In this document: positions 53,801-61,222 of the stretch, piece by piece
How positions within the stretch are numbered: the first letter of the stretch is position 1
Layout: each line of letters opens with the position of its first letter
Assembly (NCBI GenBank): GCA_902786815.1
Contig: CADADV010000006.1
Span: forward strand, 50,344-114,343
Direction: 5' to 3'
DNA from: an uncultured Eubacteriales bacterium
GTDB lineage: Bacteria; Bacillota; Clostridia; Peptostreptococcales; Anaerovoracaceae
Length of the DNA: 64,000 bases
Made by a program: the position numbers and the translations under genes
The notes under the pieces: model-generated
Seen by the model: the letters and a program-made list of their open reading frames with translations, nothing else
Told to the model about the DNA's origin: nothing
Database searches by the model: none

Positions 53801-54443
53801 CCGACGGAACGTACTTCCATTTGGCTTCACCGGTCGCTGCGTCCAGACAGAAGAAAACGCCATCCTTTGTTTCGGTCTCCCAGATCCCGGTGTAGACGCA
53901 GCCGTCCTGATAGCTGATGGGCGACAGCGTCTGACTGTACCGGTATTCATCGGAGATCCACTTGGAGCGGAGCGTGTCCGCATCCAGGCACTGCACGCGG
54001 CCTTTCATGATCGGAACAAAGAGCTGGTCGTTGTCCGCATCGTAAGTGATCGGGTTCATGCCGTATCCTACGTTCAGTTTCAGTTCTTCACTTTCCTTCA
54101 CGATCTCTCCGGTATTCTTGTTGATCCGGTACACGTGGGTGCTGGACGCAGTGTACAGATACCCGTCGATGATGAGCGGCGGTGTGAAAGAAGTGGTATA
54201 TCCAGAAACCATCTTACGGCTCCACTTCAGCGCAGTCTCCTCATAGACCGACGGCGTTTCGATCTCACCGATGACGCCGTTGTTCGTCGGACTGTTCTGG
54301 TACTGTCCCCACTCCACATCGCGCTCTGTCGCATAACTGTCCGATGCAAAAGCAATCCAGGCCATGCCCAGAAACAGAAGCAGTACCACCCCTGCTTTGA
54401 AATAGAATCTGTTTTGTCTCGCGTGTTCCCTCATGTTGCTCAT
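50829..54443 (-). CDS. 1204-aa secreted multidomain protein. From N- to C-terminus: PQQ/BamB-like beta-propeller, two cadherin-like beta-sandwiches, Big_2, an Fn3-associated module, and two highly basic FN3/Ig-like modules.
   Basis: The signal peptide is FYFKAGVVLLLFLGMAWIAFASDSYA. Repeated W/Y-rich blades span roughly aa 40 to 480. LNDISVKYGQQELVWDYPFEPGILNYSL and LAGLYISAS... are cadherin-like. LRLSPSSVTLYTSGQGRTAAV...AEIWVTY is Big_2-like. The C-terminus is KK-rich. No LPXTG motif and no C-terminal TM segment. The start may be the ATG at 54434. Confidence 0.8.
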   Translation of the reverse strand: MSNMREHARQNRFYFKAGVVLLLFLGMAWIAFASDSYATERDVEWGQYQNSPTNNGVIGEIETPSVYEETALKWSRKMVSGYTTSFTPPLIIDGYLYTASSTHVYRINKNTGEIVKESEELKLNVGYGMNPITYDADNDQLFVPIMKGRVQCLDADTLRSKWISDEYRYSQTLSPISYQDGCVYTGIWETETKDGVFFCLDAATGEAKWKYVPSEHGETPHGFYWAGSYVDENYVVVGSDDGTDNLFSEAGGYTETAIVYSFDRRTGEVVDRITGVKGDIRSTVVYDNGHIYFVSKGGRLYKADFGTDGKFRNTSYIQLQVRGKSTTDKVDAMMTSTPVVYKGRIYVGAAGAGGQFSADGGHMFAVIRDDDTLSDRSLIYTVPISGYPQASPLLSTATEKTDGKVRLYFTFNAFPGGIYCLEDSPEATAESHASPQLLFRPELSMQQYCISPLCCDREGTFYYKNDSGHLMAVALNKAYLNDISVKYGQQELVWDYPFEPGILNYSLQAPNDAAAVDVRLQVPDGMTARVDGEEYTGSKISVSVGEDAAAIPITVSRIVGEKTYTRTYTLNTTTLSNNANLAGLYISASNTAPAQIADSGDWVSANKGIGYDPTFDPGIEDYVGRICEVDAGKAFLRLWLETADPEAAIRVIPVDNVGNTQSRLNEDGTIKRASNSSYYPVYWVKGGTTAEVDVEVTSPSGKVTRTYHVTLQRSEKYIETGDTPLRLSPSSVTLYTSGQGRTAAVSASFGGVDVTENCSFESSDPQVAAVDSYGVITAATRGEAEIWVTYPQENRRARVHVEVADPTLRPPVASLAPGTYTEPIRVALQALGSGAQVRYVTGTEDEDLPAPSSTGGTLYEQPLSIGEEGQVVTVKIRAIACGKGYAKSFPEDFIYTVDLTGEEPSSPGVSLDPDSVYIAPEDQAAFSELPNGTGYDAVTEMLSSVQAHLKMNEAYAEETGEAEITTEIVWETEGGYAYDPVDQKEQQFVICGEAVLPDGIDARGRSMELLLPVKVCAMPQPQPEPPKPAKPAKVTGQTASVSASARTITVKYKKAARASSYRIAYRKAGGAWKYLTSKSTSRKITGLAANGSYEVKVCAVNAGGQGTYSASSFCIISKTAPKLKGKKKSIAVSVKKIKAATGYRIKYSLKKNLSSSKTVKTKKITYTIKKLKKKKLYYVQVTPYKVVSGKTYWGEPVVRKVKTK

Positions 54444-54467
54444 CTCCGCTTACATTCTTTGTCTTTA

Positions 54468-55685
54468 TCAGTAGACCCCGTCCGCCAAGGAAAAAATCAG
54501 GTTCAGTTCGTCGCCGTCCTCCAGCTTATAGGATCCCAGTCCACGTTCCGGGAAGGTTCCGTTCACGCTGTAGATCCATCCGGAGGAGTCATAGAAATCA
54601 TGTTCTTTCAACTTGTTCGGATCCTGGTCTGCCGGATCTTTCTCGGTCTTTCGCAGTTCCTCCATGGTCGTCCGGACCTCGTCGGTGATATAGGCCCCCT
54701 GTGCGATGCCGCTGCGGCTGATTCCTGACAGATATCCGCCGCGGAAAGTTGGATCGATCCCTGCCTGGGAAAGAGCCGTCTCCAGTACATCCTTGGCCGT
54801 ATCCCCGCGGGTGATCTCAATGGTCCCCTCATAGAAGGCTCCCAGATTCAGAATCTCCGCACTGACAGAAACGTAGACTTCCCCGGTGACCTCCGCCGCG
54901 GCAGAAGTGTTTCCTGTGAAGTTCACTGTCTTTGTTTTATCATGGCCTTCCCGGTCCACTGCAGTGACGGCGATGGTGTTCTTTCCGTCTTTGAGGGCGG
55001 TCCTGAACCAGGTCTTCGACCCGTCCGCGCCTTCGCTGGAAAGGGGCTCGCCATTACAGCTGACCATAAAACTGCCGTCGCTTTCGGAGAACACGGGGAT
55101 GTTCCTGCCTTTGTAATCTGTGACGGTCACCGAAAAGTCCAGCCGGGTCCCATTGACCACTTCCCCGCCGGCAACGCTGATTTTGATCGTGGGCTCCATC
55201 GCCCGCTCTTCCTCTGACTTTGTGGGGTCTGTGGGATCGGTGGGATCTTCTGTCTTTGAAGGTTTCGTCGGCTCTTCCTTTGTCGGGTCAGTAGGCTCCG
55301 TTCTTTTATCTGGTTTCTTTTTGCCGCTATCCGGTTTCTTCTTGTTGCCGGACCCCGGGTTCGCGGGCTTCACGCTGCCGGGACGGATCCGCTTTGGTGC
55401 AGTTTTCTGATCCTTCTGTGTTTCCTGCTTTTGCTTGAGTTTTTCTTCCCGCTGCTTTTCCTGCTGTTTGTGGATCTTCTCCTGCTGTTTGTCCAGCTTG
55501 TATCCTTTGCCATCCAGATAGACCTGCGAACGTTCCACATTCATCTGCGCCGCCTGGACCTGGGGCACATACTCTTCCTGACCATTGAGAATGACCGCCA
55601 GAGCGCACACGATAAGGAGGGTCATTGCTGCCGCAGCGACCAGAAAAATCCGTCTCCTGTTTGTGCGCCCTTTGTTCTTTCTCAA
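54468..55685 (-). CDS. Membrane-anchored protein with a charged linker, an Ig-like domain and a C-terminal DUF4430 domain
   Basis: The N-terminal anchor is IFLVAAAAMTLLIVCALAVIL. A KQQEK / PTDPTK low-complexity region follows. The C-terminus is SSGWIYSVNGTFPERGLGSYKLEDGDELNLIFS. Confidence 0.8.
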   Translation of the reverse strand: MRKNKGRTNRRRIFLVAAAAMTLLIVCALAVILNGQEEYVPQVQAAQMNVERSQVYLDGKGYKLDKQQEKIHKQQEKQREEKLKQKQETQKDQKTAPKRIRPGSVKPANPGSGNKKKPDSGKKKPDKRTEPTDPTKEEPTKPSKTEDPTDPTDPTKSEEERAMEPTIKISVAGGEVVNGTRLDFSVTVTDYKGRNIPVFSESDGSFMVSCNGEPLSSEGADGSKTWFRTALKDGKNTIAVTAVDREGHDKTKTVNFTGNTSAAAEVTGEVYVSVSAEILNLGAFYEGTIEITRGDTAKDVLETALSQAGIDPTFRGGYLSGISRSGIAQGAYITDEVRTTMEELRKTEKDPADQDPNKLKEHDFYDSSGWIYSVNGTFPERGLGSYKLEDGDELNLIFSLADGVY

Positions 55686-56662
55686 AACAGTTTCTCTCCC
55701 TGCGCCGCCAGCAGCGCACTGTCAATAGCACAGAGCGCCTGCTCTGTGGCCATCACATCCATTTCATCTCCATGCAGATGGGAGAACCCATCTGCGCATC
55801 TGTACAGCATCAACCCATCAAGAAGGGTGCTGCCCTTCGCAAAATCCTCCGCTTTCGCGGGATCCTCTCCGAGTGCCGCTACTGCCATGACCACCTGGGA
55901 GGTGGATTCGCTGTTGCCGTAGTCTCCGCCCGGATGCTGCTGGGTGGCAAGCCACCCCTTTGCGGCTGCCAGCGCATCTGCGATCTGCTGATTTTCCCCT
56001 GCAAAGGGCGCCAGGGCCTGCATGGCCATGGCTGTGATATCCACATCCGCAGTCTGTCCGTCATAAGTGATGCTGCCGTCCTCCAGCTGCATTCCGAGGA
56101 TATCTTCGATATATGTTTCCCGGGCTTTCAGTTCTCTCCCGCAGCAGGCCGCTGCGTTCAGCGCCCAGATCTCGGCGTTGATTCCCTGCGCTTTTACAGT
56201 TTCCGTATCCTCCTGCTGCGCCAGAAGATCGAAGCCTTCCACATCCTGCGGATCGCCGCCGATCATCTGCAGGGCGATGGCTGCTTTTGCATTATCTGTA
56301 GGCCGATCCGGATCCAGCACGCCGTCTGCCCGCTTCACCGCGAGACGCAAGGATTCTTCGTACTGCATGAACAGAGACTGCGCCTCTGCTTCCTTCCCCA
56401 TGGAAGACCCGGCGATGCCGATGATGCTCCATTCATTACCTGGTCCGACCTCTTCTCCTGAAAGCAGCCGGATCAGCTGGACTGCGGTTTCCTTTTCGAC
56501 CTGCGCCAGATCTGCAGTCTGCGCTGCCGCAGCCTGCTCCGTATTCCCGGATGCAGGATCAGGACTGTCTGTACTGTCATTTCCTCCGCAGCCTGCCAAA
56601 AGCAGCAGCAATACGCTCAGGCAGAGTGCCGCGATCCAGTTTTTCGTTTGCTTTCTTTTCAT
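55682..56662 (-). CDS. Lipoprotein with a prenyltransferase/terpene-cyclase-like alpha/alpha-toroid domain
   Basis: The preferred start is MKRKQTKNWIAALCLSVLLLLLAGCGG (lipobox) at 56662. Periodic helical-hairpin repeats carry W/G-rich turns (EWSIIGIA, NAEIWALNA, DITAMAMQAL, TSQVVMAVAAL, MATEQALCAI). Confidence 0.72.
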   Translation of the reverse strand: MKRKQTKNWIAALCLSVLLLLLAGCGGNDSTDSPDPASGNTEQAAAAQTADLAQVEKETAVQLIRLLSGEEVGPGNEWSIIGIAGSSMGKEAEAQSLFMQYEESLRLAVKRADGVLDPDRPTDNAKAAIALQMIGGDPQDVEGFDLLAQQEDTETVKAQGINAEIWALNAAACCGRELKARETYIEDILGMQLEDGSITYDGQTADVDITAMAMQALAPFAGENQQIADALAAAKGWLATQQHPGGDYGNSESTSQVVMAVAALGEDPAKAEDFAKGSTLLDGLMLYRCADGFSHLHGDEMDVMATEQALCAIDSALLAAQGEKLF

Positions 56663-58769
56663 ACATCCCCCGTTCATATTCTTTCCAGATGGCGGTACGT
56701 TCGTCCTCCTCGACCGGAAGCTCACTGAACGCCGCCCGTTCACCGATCTCAACTGTCTCCGCAGACAATTGCAGGCCTTCATCCATCATGCTTCCATAGA
56801 TGGCGCAGATCCCCTTTCGTATGTCCGGATCGGCGAACGATCTCATCCGCCTGCGATAGGCGATCCGGCGCCGGATCACTTTCTGCAGGATCCACACAAG
56901 TAGCAGGAGAAGCAGAATCAGTCCTGCTGTGAGCAGGAAGCGCAATAGCTTTTTCCCGTAATTAACGGCCGGTTCCTCCTCTTCTTCCATCGGAGGAATG
57001 TCCAGCTGCTGGTCGTTCTGTTTCTTATAATTCACCGACTCCAGGCCTCGTGTGAGATCTGCCTGCGGCATGACATCCTGCCATCCCGGCGTAAACTCCA
57101 TCGGCACCCATCCGAAGCCGTCGACATAGATTTCCGTCCACGCGTGGGCGTGGCTGAAGCCGATATCGTAAGGCTGTCCTGCTTTTGCAGCTGCGGCATC
57201 GGCCGGCGTGAAGAGATAGCCTTCCACATAGCGGGCCGGAATGCCGTAGTACCGCATCAGCATTGTCGCCAGAGAAGCATAGTGCGCGTCGCAGCCTTTG
57301 CCTGAAATCAGGAAGCGCTCGATGGGATCCTCCCCCTTCTTCGGAGATTTGAACTTCTCCGTATAGATGAAGTTTCCATCCAGATAATCCCGGACTGCAG
57401 TAATGGCCCGCCTGTAATCCGCATGGTCGCGTGTCAGATCTCCGGGATCGCCCATGGCCATGTACAGCGTGCCCGCAAGCTCCTCGGGTACGTCGGTATA
57501 ATGTTCATAACACCACACGTTGTAGTGGCTCTCACTTGTATAATAGTTCTGCAGCTGCGGACTGCTGTCCGTGCTGTAAAGTCTCCCTACCCAGTCCGTC
57601 CAGCTGCCTGTCATATCCGGCAGAGCCTGATAGACCGCAGTCTTTGTCCCGAACAGTTTGTCTGTTCTGAGAAATCCACCGGCGTAATTCTGCGCGCCCT
57701 GCGGAATCGCTTCACTCGTCCCCGTTATTTCGTAAGGTGTGTAGATGCAGGAACAGTCGGCTTTTTTCGTCTGTACGGTGCACGCGAACGGCTCACCCGC
57801 CTGCTGCGGGTCGGATAACTGCGCCGTCAGCGCGAGCTGCGACAGGCCGTCGAAGCCATTCCGGTTCAGCCAGTACTGGATATCCCGCCGGCTGTAATAG
57901 GTTTCATTGCCCAGGTCCGTCCACTGGTGACCGCGGTAGGTTTCGCCGACAAATCCGCGAAGCCAGCAGGACTGCAGCGCGCCGTTCTTCTGATCTATTG
58001 TCAAGGTCAACGCTGTCTTTGTCTTGTCTTTGCCTCCTGCACTGAGCAGCTGCAGTACCTGATCTGAACTTCCCCGCAGATCAGTCAGTGATTCTCCGGT
58101 AAGCCCTTCCAGATCTCCTTTACCCAGCGGATTCTTCCCGTAGCGCTTATCGAGCTGTTTCGTGATGGCCGTCTGGGTCTGCTTCTGCAGCGCGCTCTGG
58201 GAAAGCCCCGCCGTGTGATCGATCAGCATGCCTGCTGCAAATGTGATGATCAGCGCCGCCAGCGGGATCGCCAGCAGGAGAATGTGCCCTCCCTCTGTCT
58301 GCTGCATACAGGCAAACGCGCACACCAATGCAAATCCAAAAACCAATGCGGTCCATGCTCCGGGCGCGGCTCCGGTAAGAAGCAGCAGCCCCGTGCCGGG
58401 CAGTGCGAAAACCAGGAGCAGCCACTTGCATCCGCTGCGCAGGATCAGATACGACAGCACGCATAGCAAAAGCAACGCGATGGTCAGGAAGATTCCCTGG
58501 GGATGATAGCTTCCGTCTGCCGCTGCACCGCCTGCGAATTTACGCAGGATAATGTAGTCGGTGGTTCCCAACCGGTCTGCGATGCTGTTGCAGACACTGA
58601 GCAGTCCCTGCAGCGGTGCGCCGCTGAAAGCCCCGGCCGGACTCCACTGCAGCCCGAATGCGGAGCATCCTGCTGCGAAGGTGCTCCCGCCGAGCAGGCA
58701 TGCGCACAGGACTGCCAGGACCTGCTGACTTCCACCCTTACTCGATTGTTCCGAATACGTTAACTGCAC
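56577..58769 (-). CDS. Transglutaminase-like (papain-fold) polytopic membrane protein, TgpA-like
   Basis: About 6 N-terminal TM segments, a large extracytoplasmic region with GCDAHYASLATMLMRYYGIPARYVEGY...HAWTEIY (the Cys-His-Asp transglutaminase core), and a C-terminal TM segment. Its last 86 nt overlap the next gene. Confidence 0.85.
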   Translation of the reverse strand: MQLTYSEQSSKGGSQQVLAVLCACLLGGSTFAAGCSAFGLQWSPAGAFSGAPLQGLLSVCNSIADRLGTTDYIILRKFAGGAAADGSYHPQGIFLTIALLLLCVLSYLILRSGCKWLLLVFALPGTGLLLLTGAAPGAWTALVFGFALVCAFACMQQTEGGHILLLAIPLAALIITFAAGMLIDHTAGLSQSALQKQTQTAITKQLDKRYGKNPLGKGDLEGLTGESLTDLRGSSDQVLQLLSAGGKDKTKTALTLTIDQKNGALQSCWLRGFVGETYRGHQWTDLGNETYYSRRDIQYWLNRNGFDGLSQLALTAQLSDPQQAGEPFACTVQTKKADCSCIYTPYEITGTSEAIPQGAQNYAGGFLRTDKLFGTKTAVYQALPDMTGSWTDWVGRLYSTDSSPQLQNYYTSESHYNVWCYEHYTDVPEELAGTLYMAMGDPGDLTRDHADYRRAITAVRDYLDGNFIYTEKFKSPKKGEDPIERFLISGKGCDAHYASLATMLMRYYGIPARYVEGYLFTPADAAAAKAGQPYDIGFSHAHAWTEIYVDGFGWVPMEFTPGWQDVMPQADLTRGLESVNYKKQNDQQLDIPPMEEEEEPAVNYGKKLLRFLLTAGLILLLLLLVWILQKVIRRRIAYRRRMRSFADPDIRKGICAIYGSMMDEGLQLSAETVEIGERAAFSELPVEEDERTAIWKEYERGMYEKKANEKLDRGTLPERIAAAFGRLRRK

Positions 58770-59862
58770 CGTAACGTTCCAGCCTTTCTGTATCTCGCTC
58801 TCCCTGGGCGCTCACCAGGAAGTGGTTCGTGAAGTTCACGCCTTCCGGACTCTCCAGATACCGGATCACTGTTGAGACATCGCTTACTGCGAACCCGCAT
58901 CCCAGTACATCCGGCACGCTCGCCCAGAGTTCTTCTTCTGAACGCACCTGCCGCCGCATAAACATCTCCTCCCTGCTGTCATACCAGCCGATGCTGTGGG
59001 GAATGGATTTCTCCAGCAGCGCCGCAGACATGGAGTACATCAGTTCCACCAGTGCGCTTCGCTGTGCCGGCGGCACCTGTGCCTGCGGATCCAACAGATT
59101 ATCCAGGATCACCAGTATGTTGTTCTCTATCGGAAAGGACGGGATCTTGACCGTCACTTCGCCCAGTTTCGCCGTCAGTTTCCAGTGGATCTGTTTCAGA
59201 CTGTCGCCTTCCTGGTATTCCCGTACGCCGAACACTTCACCCGGATCGCTTCCCTTCTCATACTGGGAATACTGGTAGCTCTCCATATTGTAGGAATCCA
59301 GAAACTCCGCCGGAATCTGCGCCGGATGCAGCTGCGGCGCGAAGTAGCAGGCGGCCGTGGATGTATCCGGCCCATGCTCATCCTGCCCCGCAGTTCCGAC
59401 TTCCGCCGGCGCTGCGAACAGACGCAGCGGGTCAAGGACTGTCATCTCCGGCATCTTCAGTTCGACTTTGCCGCAGTACTGATCCGTCAGGTCAAAGTTA
59501 TAGCGCCGGTTTCCTCCCGGCGGCAGACTGAAGGACACCGGAATGCGTCTGCTTTCTCCAGTGAGAAGATTCACCGCTTCCGCCTCTCCTGTACCACAAA
59601 ATACCGGTAGTTTCCCCCGGTTTTGCAATTCCATTTTGATTGTCATGGTCTCGCCTTTGCTGACCATGTCGCCGCCTGTGAATCCTGCTGTCAGTTTCCG
59701 TCCGCTCAGGCGTGTCAGCAAATACGCCGCAACGGCGTAGATTACTGTAAACAGCAGGAGCGCGCTCACCGCTGCCTGCCCTTTGAAAAAGAACAGGATC
59801 AGCAGAACGAGTGTCCACAGGGCAAACAGAATGCGGTTTCGCCTTATCTGTGTGTTCTGCAT
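58738..59862 (-). CDS. DUF58 protein (vWA-like), the usual MoxR partner
   Basis: Two N-terminal TM segments and the DUF58 motif GVREYQEGDSLKQIHWKLTAK. Confidence 0.85.
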   Translation of the reverse strand: MQNTQIRRNRILFALWTLVLLILFFFKGQAAVSALLLFTVIYAVAAYLLTRLSGRKLTAGFTGGDMVSKGETMTIKMELQNRGKLPVFCGTGEAEAVNLLTGESRRIPVSFSLPPGGNRRYNFDLTDQYCGKVELKMPEMTVLDPLRLFAAPAEVGTAGQDEHGPDTSTAACYFAPQLHPAQIPAEFLDSYNMESYQYSQYEKGSDPGEVFGVREYQEGDSLKQIHWKLTAKLGEVTVKIPSFPIENNILVILDNLLDPQAQVPPAQRSALVELMYSMSAALLEKSIPHSIGWYDSREEMFMRRQVRSEEELWASVPDVLGCGFAVSDVSTVIRYLESPEGVNFTNHFLVSAQGERDTERLERYGAVNVFGTIE

Positions 59863-59887
59863 CCCTCCTGTTTCCTAACTGCGTTCT

Positions 59888-60823
59888 TTATTTCCTTACA
59901 TCCGGCTGCGGTACGCTCTGCAGGATTTCCCCAATGATCGTTTCCGCATCCTTGCTTTGTACATTTGCCTTCGAACTGAGCATAAGCCGATGCCTTGCGA
60001 TATCCGGAAATACGTCCTGCACGTCCTGCGGGGTGACGAATTCCCGACCGTGCAGATAAGTCCATGCCTGCGCCATGGCGGTCAGGGACAGCGCCCCGCG
60101 CGGGCTGATTCCCAGCCGGATCAGCGGATGCTGCCTTGTCCTGCGGCACAGCACCGTAACATACTGATAGATCCTGTCATGGACATAGATTTCCTTCGCC
60201 TGACTGCGCATAGCCAGAATAGCCTGGGCTCCCGCTACACGTTCGATGCTCTGCAGTGGATCCGTCCTCCTGCGGTCTTTCAGGATATCGATCTCTGCCT
60301 TCTCATCCGGATACCCGATAGACAGCTGCACCATGAACCGGTCCAGCTGCGCCTCCGGCAGCATCTGGGTTCCCGCCGTTCCGATCGGATTCTGGGTCGC
60401 AATGACAATGAATGGTTCCGGGACCTTCGTCGTCCGTCCGTCCACAGTAATGTTTCCTTCCTGCATGACTTCCAGCAGAGACGATTGGGTTTTGCTGGAT
60501 GTCCGGTTGATCTCATCAGCCAGGAGAATGTTGCACATGGCTGCGCCCGGCCGGTACATGAGTTTACCGCTTTCCTTGTTATATACCGTAAAACCTGTGA
60601 TGTCCGACGGCACGACGTCCGGCGTGAACTGCACCCGGTTGAACTTCAGATCCATGGCTTTGCTGAAGGCCAGCGCCAGGGTGGTCTTGCCCACTCCCGG
60701 AATGTCCTCCAACAGAATGTGTCCTCCGGCGATGATCACCGTAAGCACCTTGCGGATGATTTCTTCTTTTCCCAGAATGGCCTTGCCGACTTCTGTTTCA
60801 ATTCTGTGTAGCGTTGGATTCAT
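59888..60823 (-). CDS. moxR: MoxR-family AAA+ ATPase
   Basis: ILLEDIPGVGKTTLA (Walker A), ILLADEINR (Walker B), and the VIATQNP sensor region. The length is 311 aa. Confidence 0.93.
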   Translation of the reverse strand: MNPTLHRIETEVGKAILGKEEIIRKVLTVIIAGGHILLEDIPGVGKTTLALAFSKAMDLKFNRVQFTPDVVPSDITGFTVYNKESGKLMYRPGAAMCNILLADEINRTSSKTQSSLLEVMQEGNITVDGRTTKVPEPFIVIATQNPIGTAGTQMLPEAQLDRFMVQLSIGYPDEKAEIDILKDRRRTDPLQSIERVAGAQAILAMRSQAKEIYVHDRIYQYVTVLCRRTRQHPLIRLGISPRGALSLTAMAQAWTYLHGREFVTPQDVQDVFPDIARHRLMLSSKANVQSKDAETIIGEILQSVPQPDVRK

Positions 60824-60840
60824 ACTCTGTCTCCTATGTC

Positions 60841-60878
60841 AAACAAAAAGACGCAACGAAATCAATGCTCGTTACGTC
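60841..60878 (-). terminator. Intrinsic terminator; expression platform of riboswitch no. 4
   Basis: GACGTAACGA-gcattgatt-TCGTTGCGTC (10 bp including one G-U pair) followed by TTTTTGTTT. It lies 17 nt before the moxR ATG, with the RBS AGGAGA between them. Confidence 0.7.
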
Positions 60879-60934
60879 CGATATTTTGCGCAAGCTGTGT
60901 GATGCGCAACCCAAGTCGCGCACCTGCTATTTCC

Positions 60935-61130
60935 CTATCATAGGTCTTCTGGCTCGCACGGTTGGTAAAACCTGCCGTCCATTCGCCTTCTCAAGGGATT
61001 TCCCTCAATGACTGACTTTCGTCCTGAATGGCGGCCTGCCGCGCTCACAGCACCGGTCAAATGCCCAGGATTTTCACCTGATTCCCTCATCCCTGCAGCC
61101 ATACGCCGCAAGGTCATGACAGTTTTTTTG
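60935..61130 (-). promoter_or_regulatory. Cobalamin riboswitch no. 4 (long form), leader of the moxR...ECF operon
   Basis: The minus strand reads GAGGGAATCAGGTGAAAATCCTGGGCATTTGACCGGTGCTGTGAGC ... GTCAGTCATTGAGGGAAATCCCTTGAGAAGGCG ... the B12-box-like GAGCCAGAAGACCTATG. Confidence 0.8.
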
Positions 61131-61138
61131 TCATGATT

Positions 61139-61167
61139 ATTGTACCAAATTATTGCTTGATATACAA
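61139..61167 (-). promoter_or_regulatory. Promoter candidate driving riboswitch no. 4
   Basis: TTGTAT (61167..61162), a 17-nt spacer, then TACAAT (61144..61139). Confidence 0.5.
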
Positions 61168-61222
61168 CCATTCCAGGCACTTGGAAACCACAATACATCA
61201 GCGTGATCTCCGGTCCCGGGTA

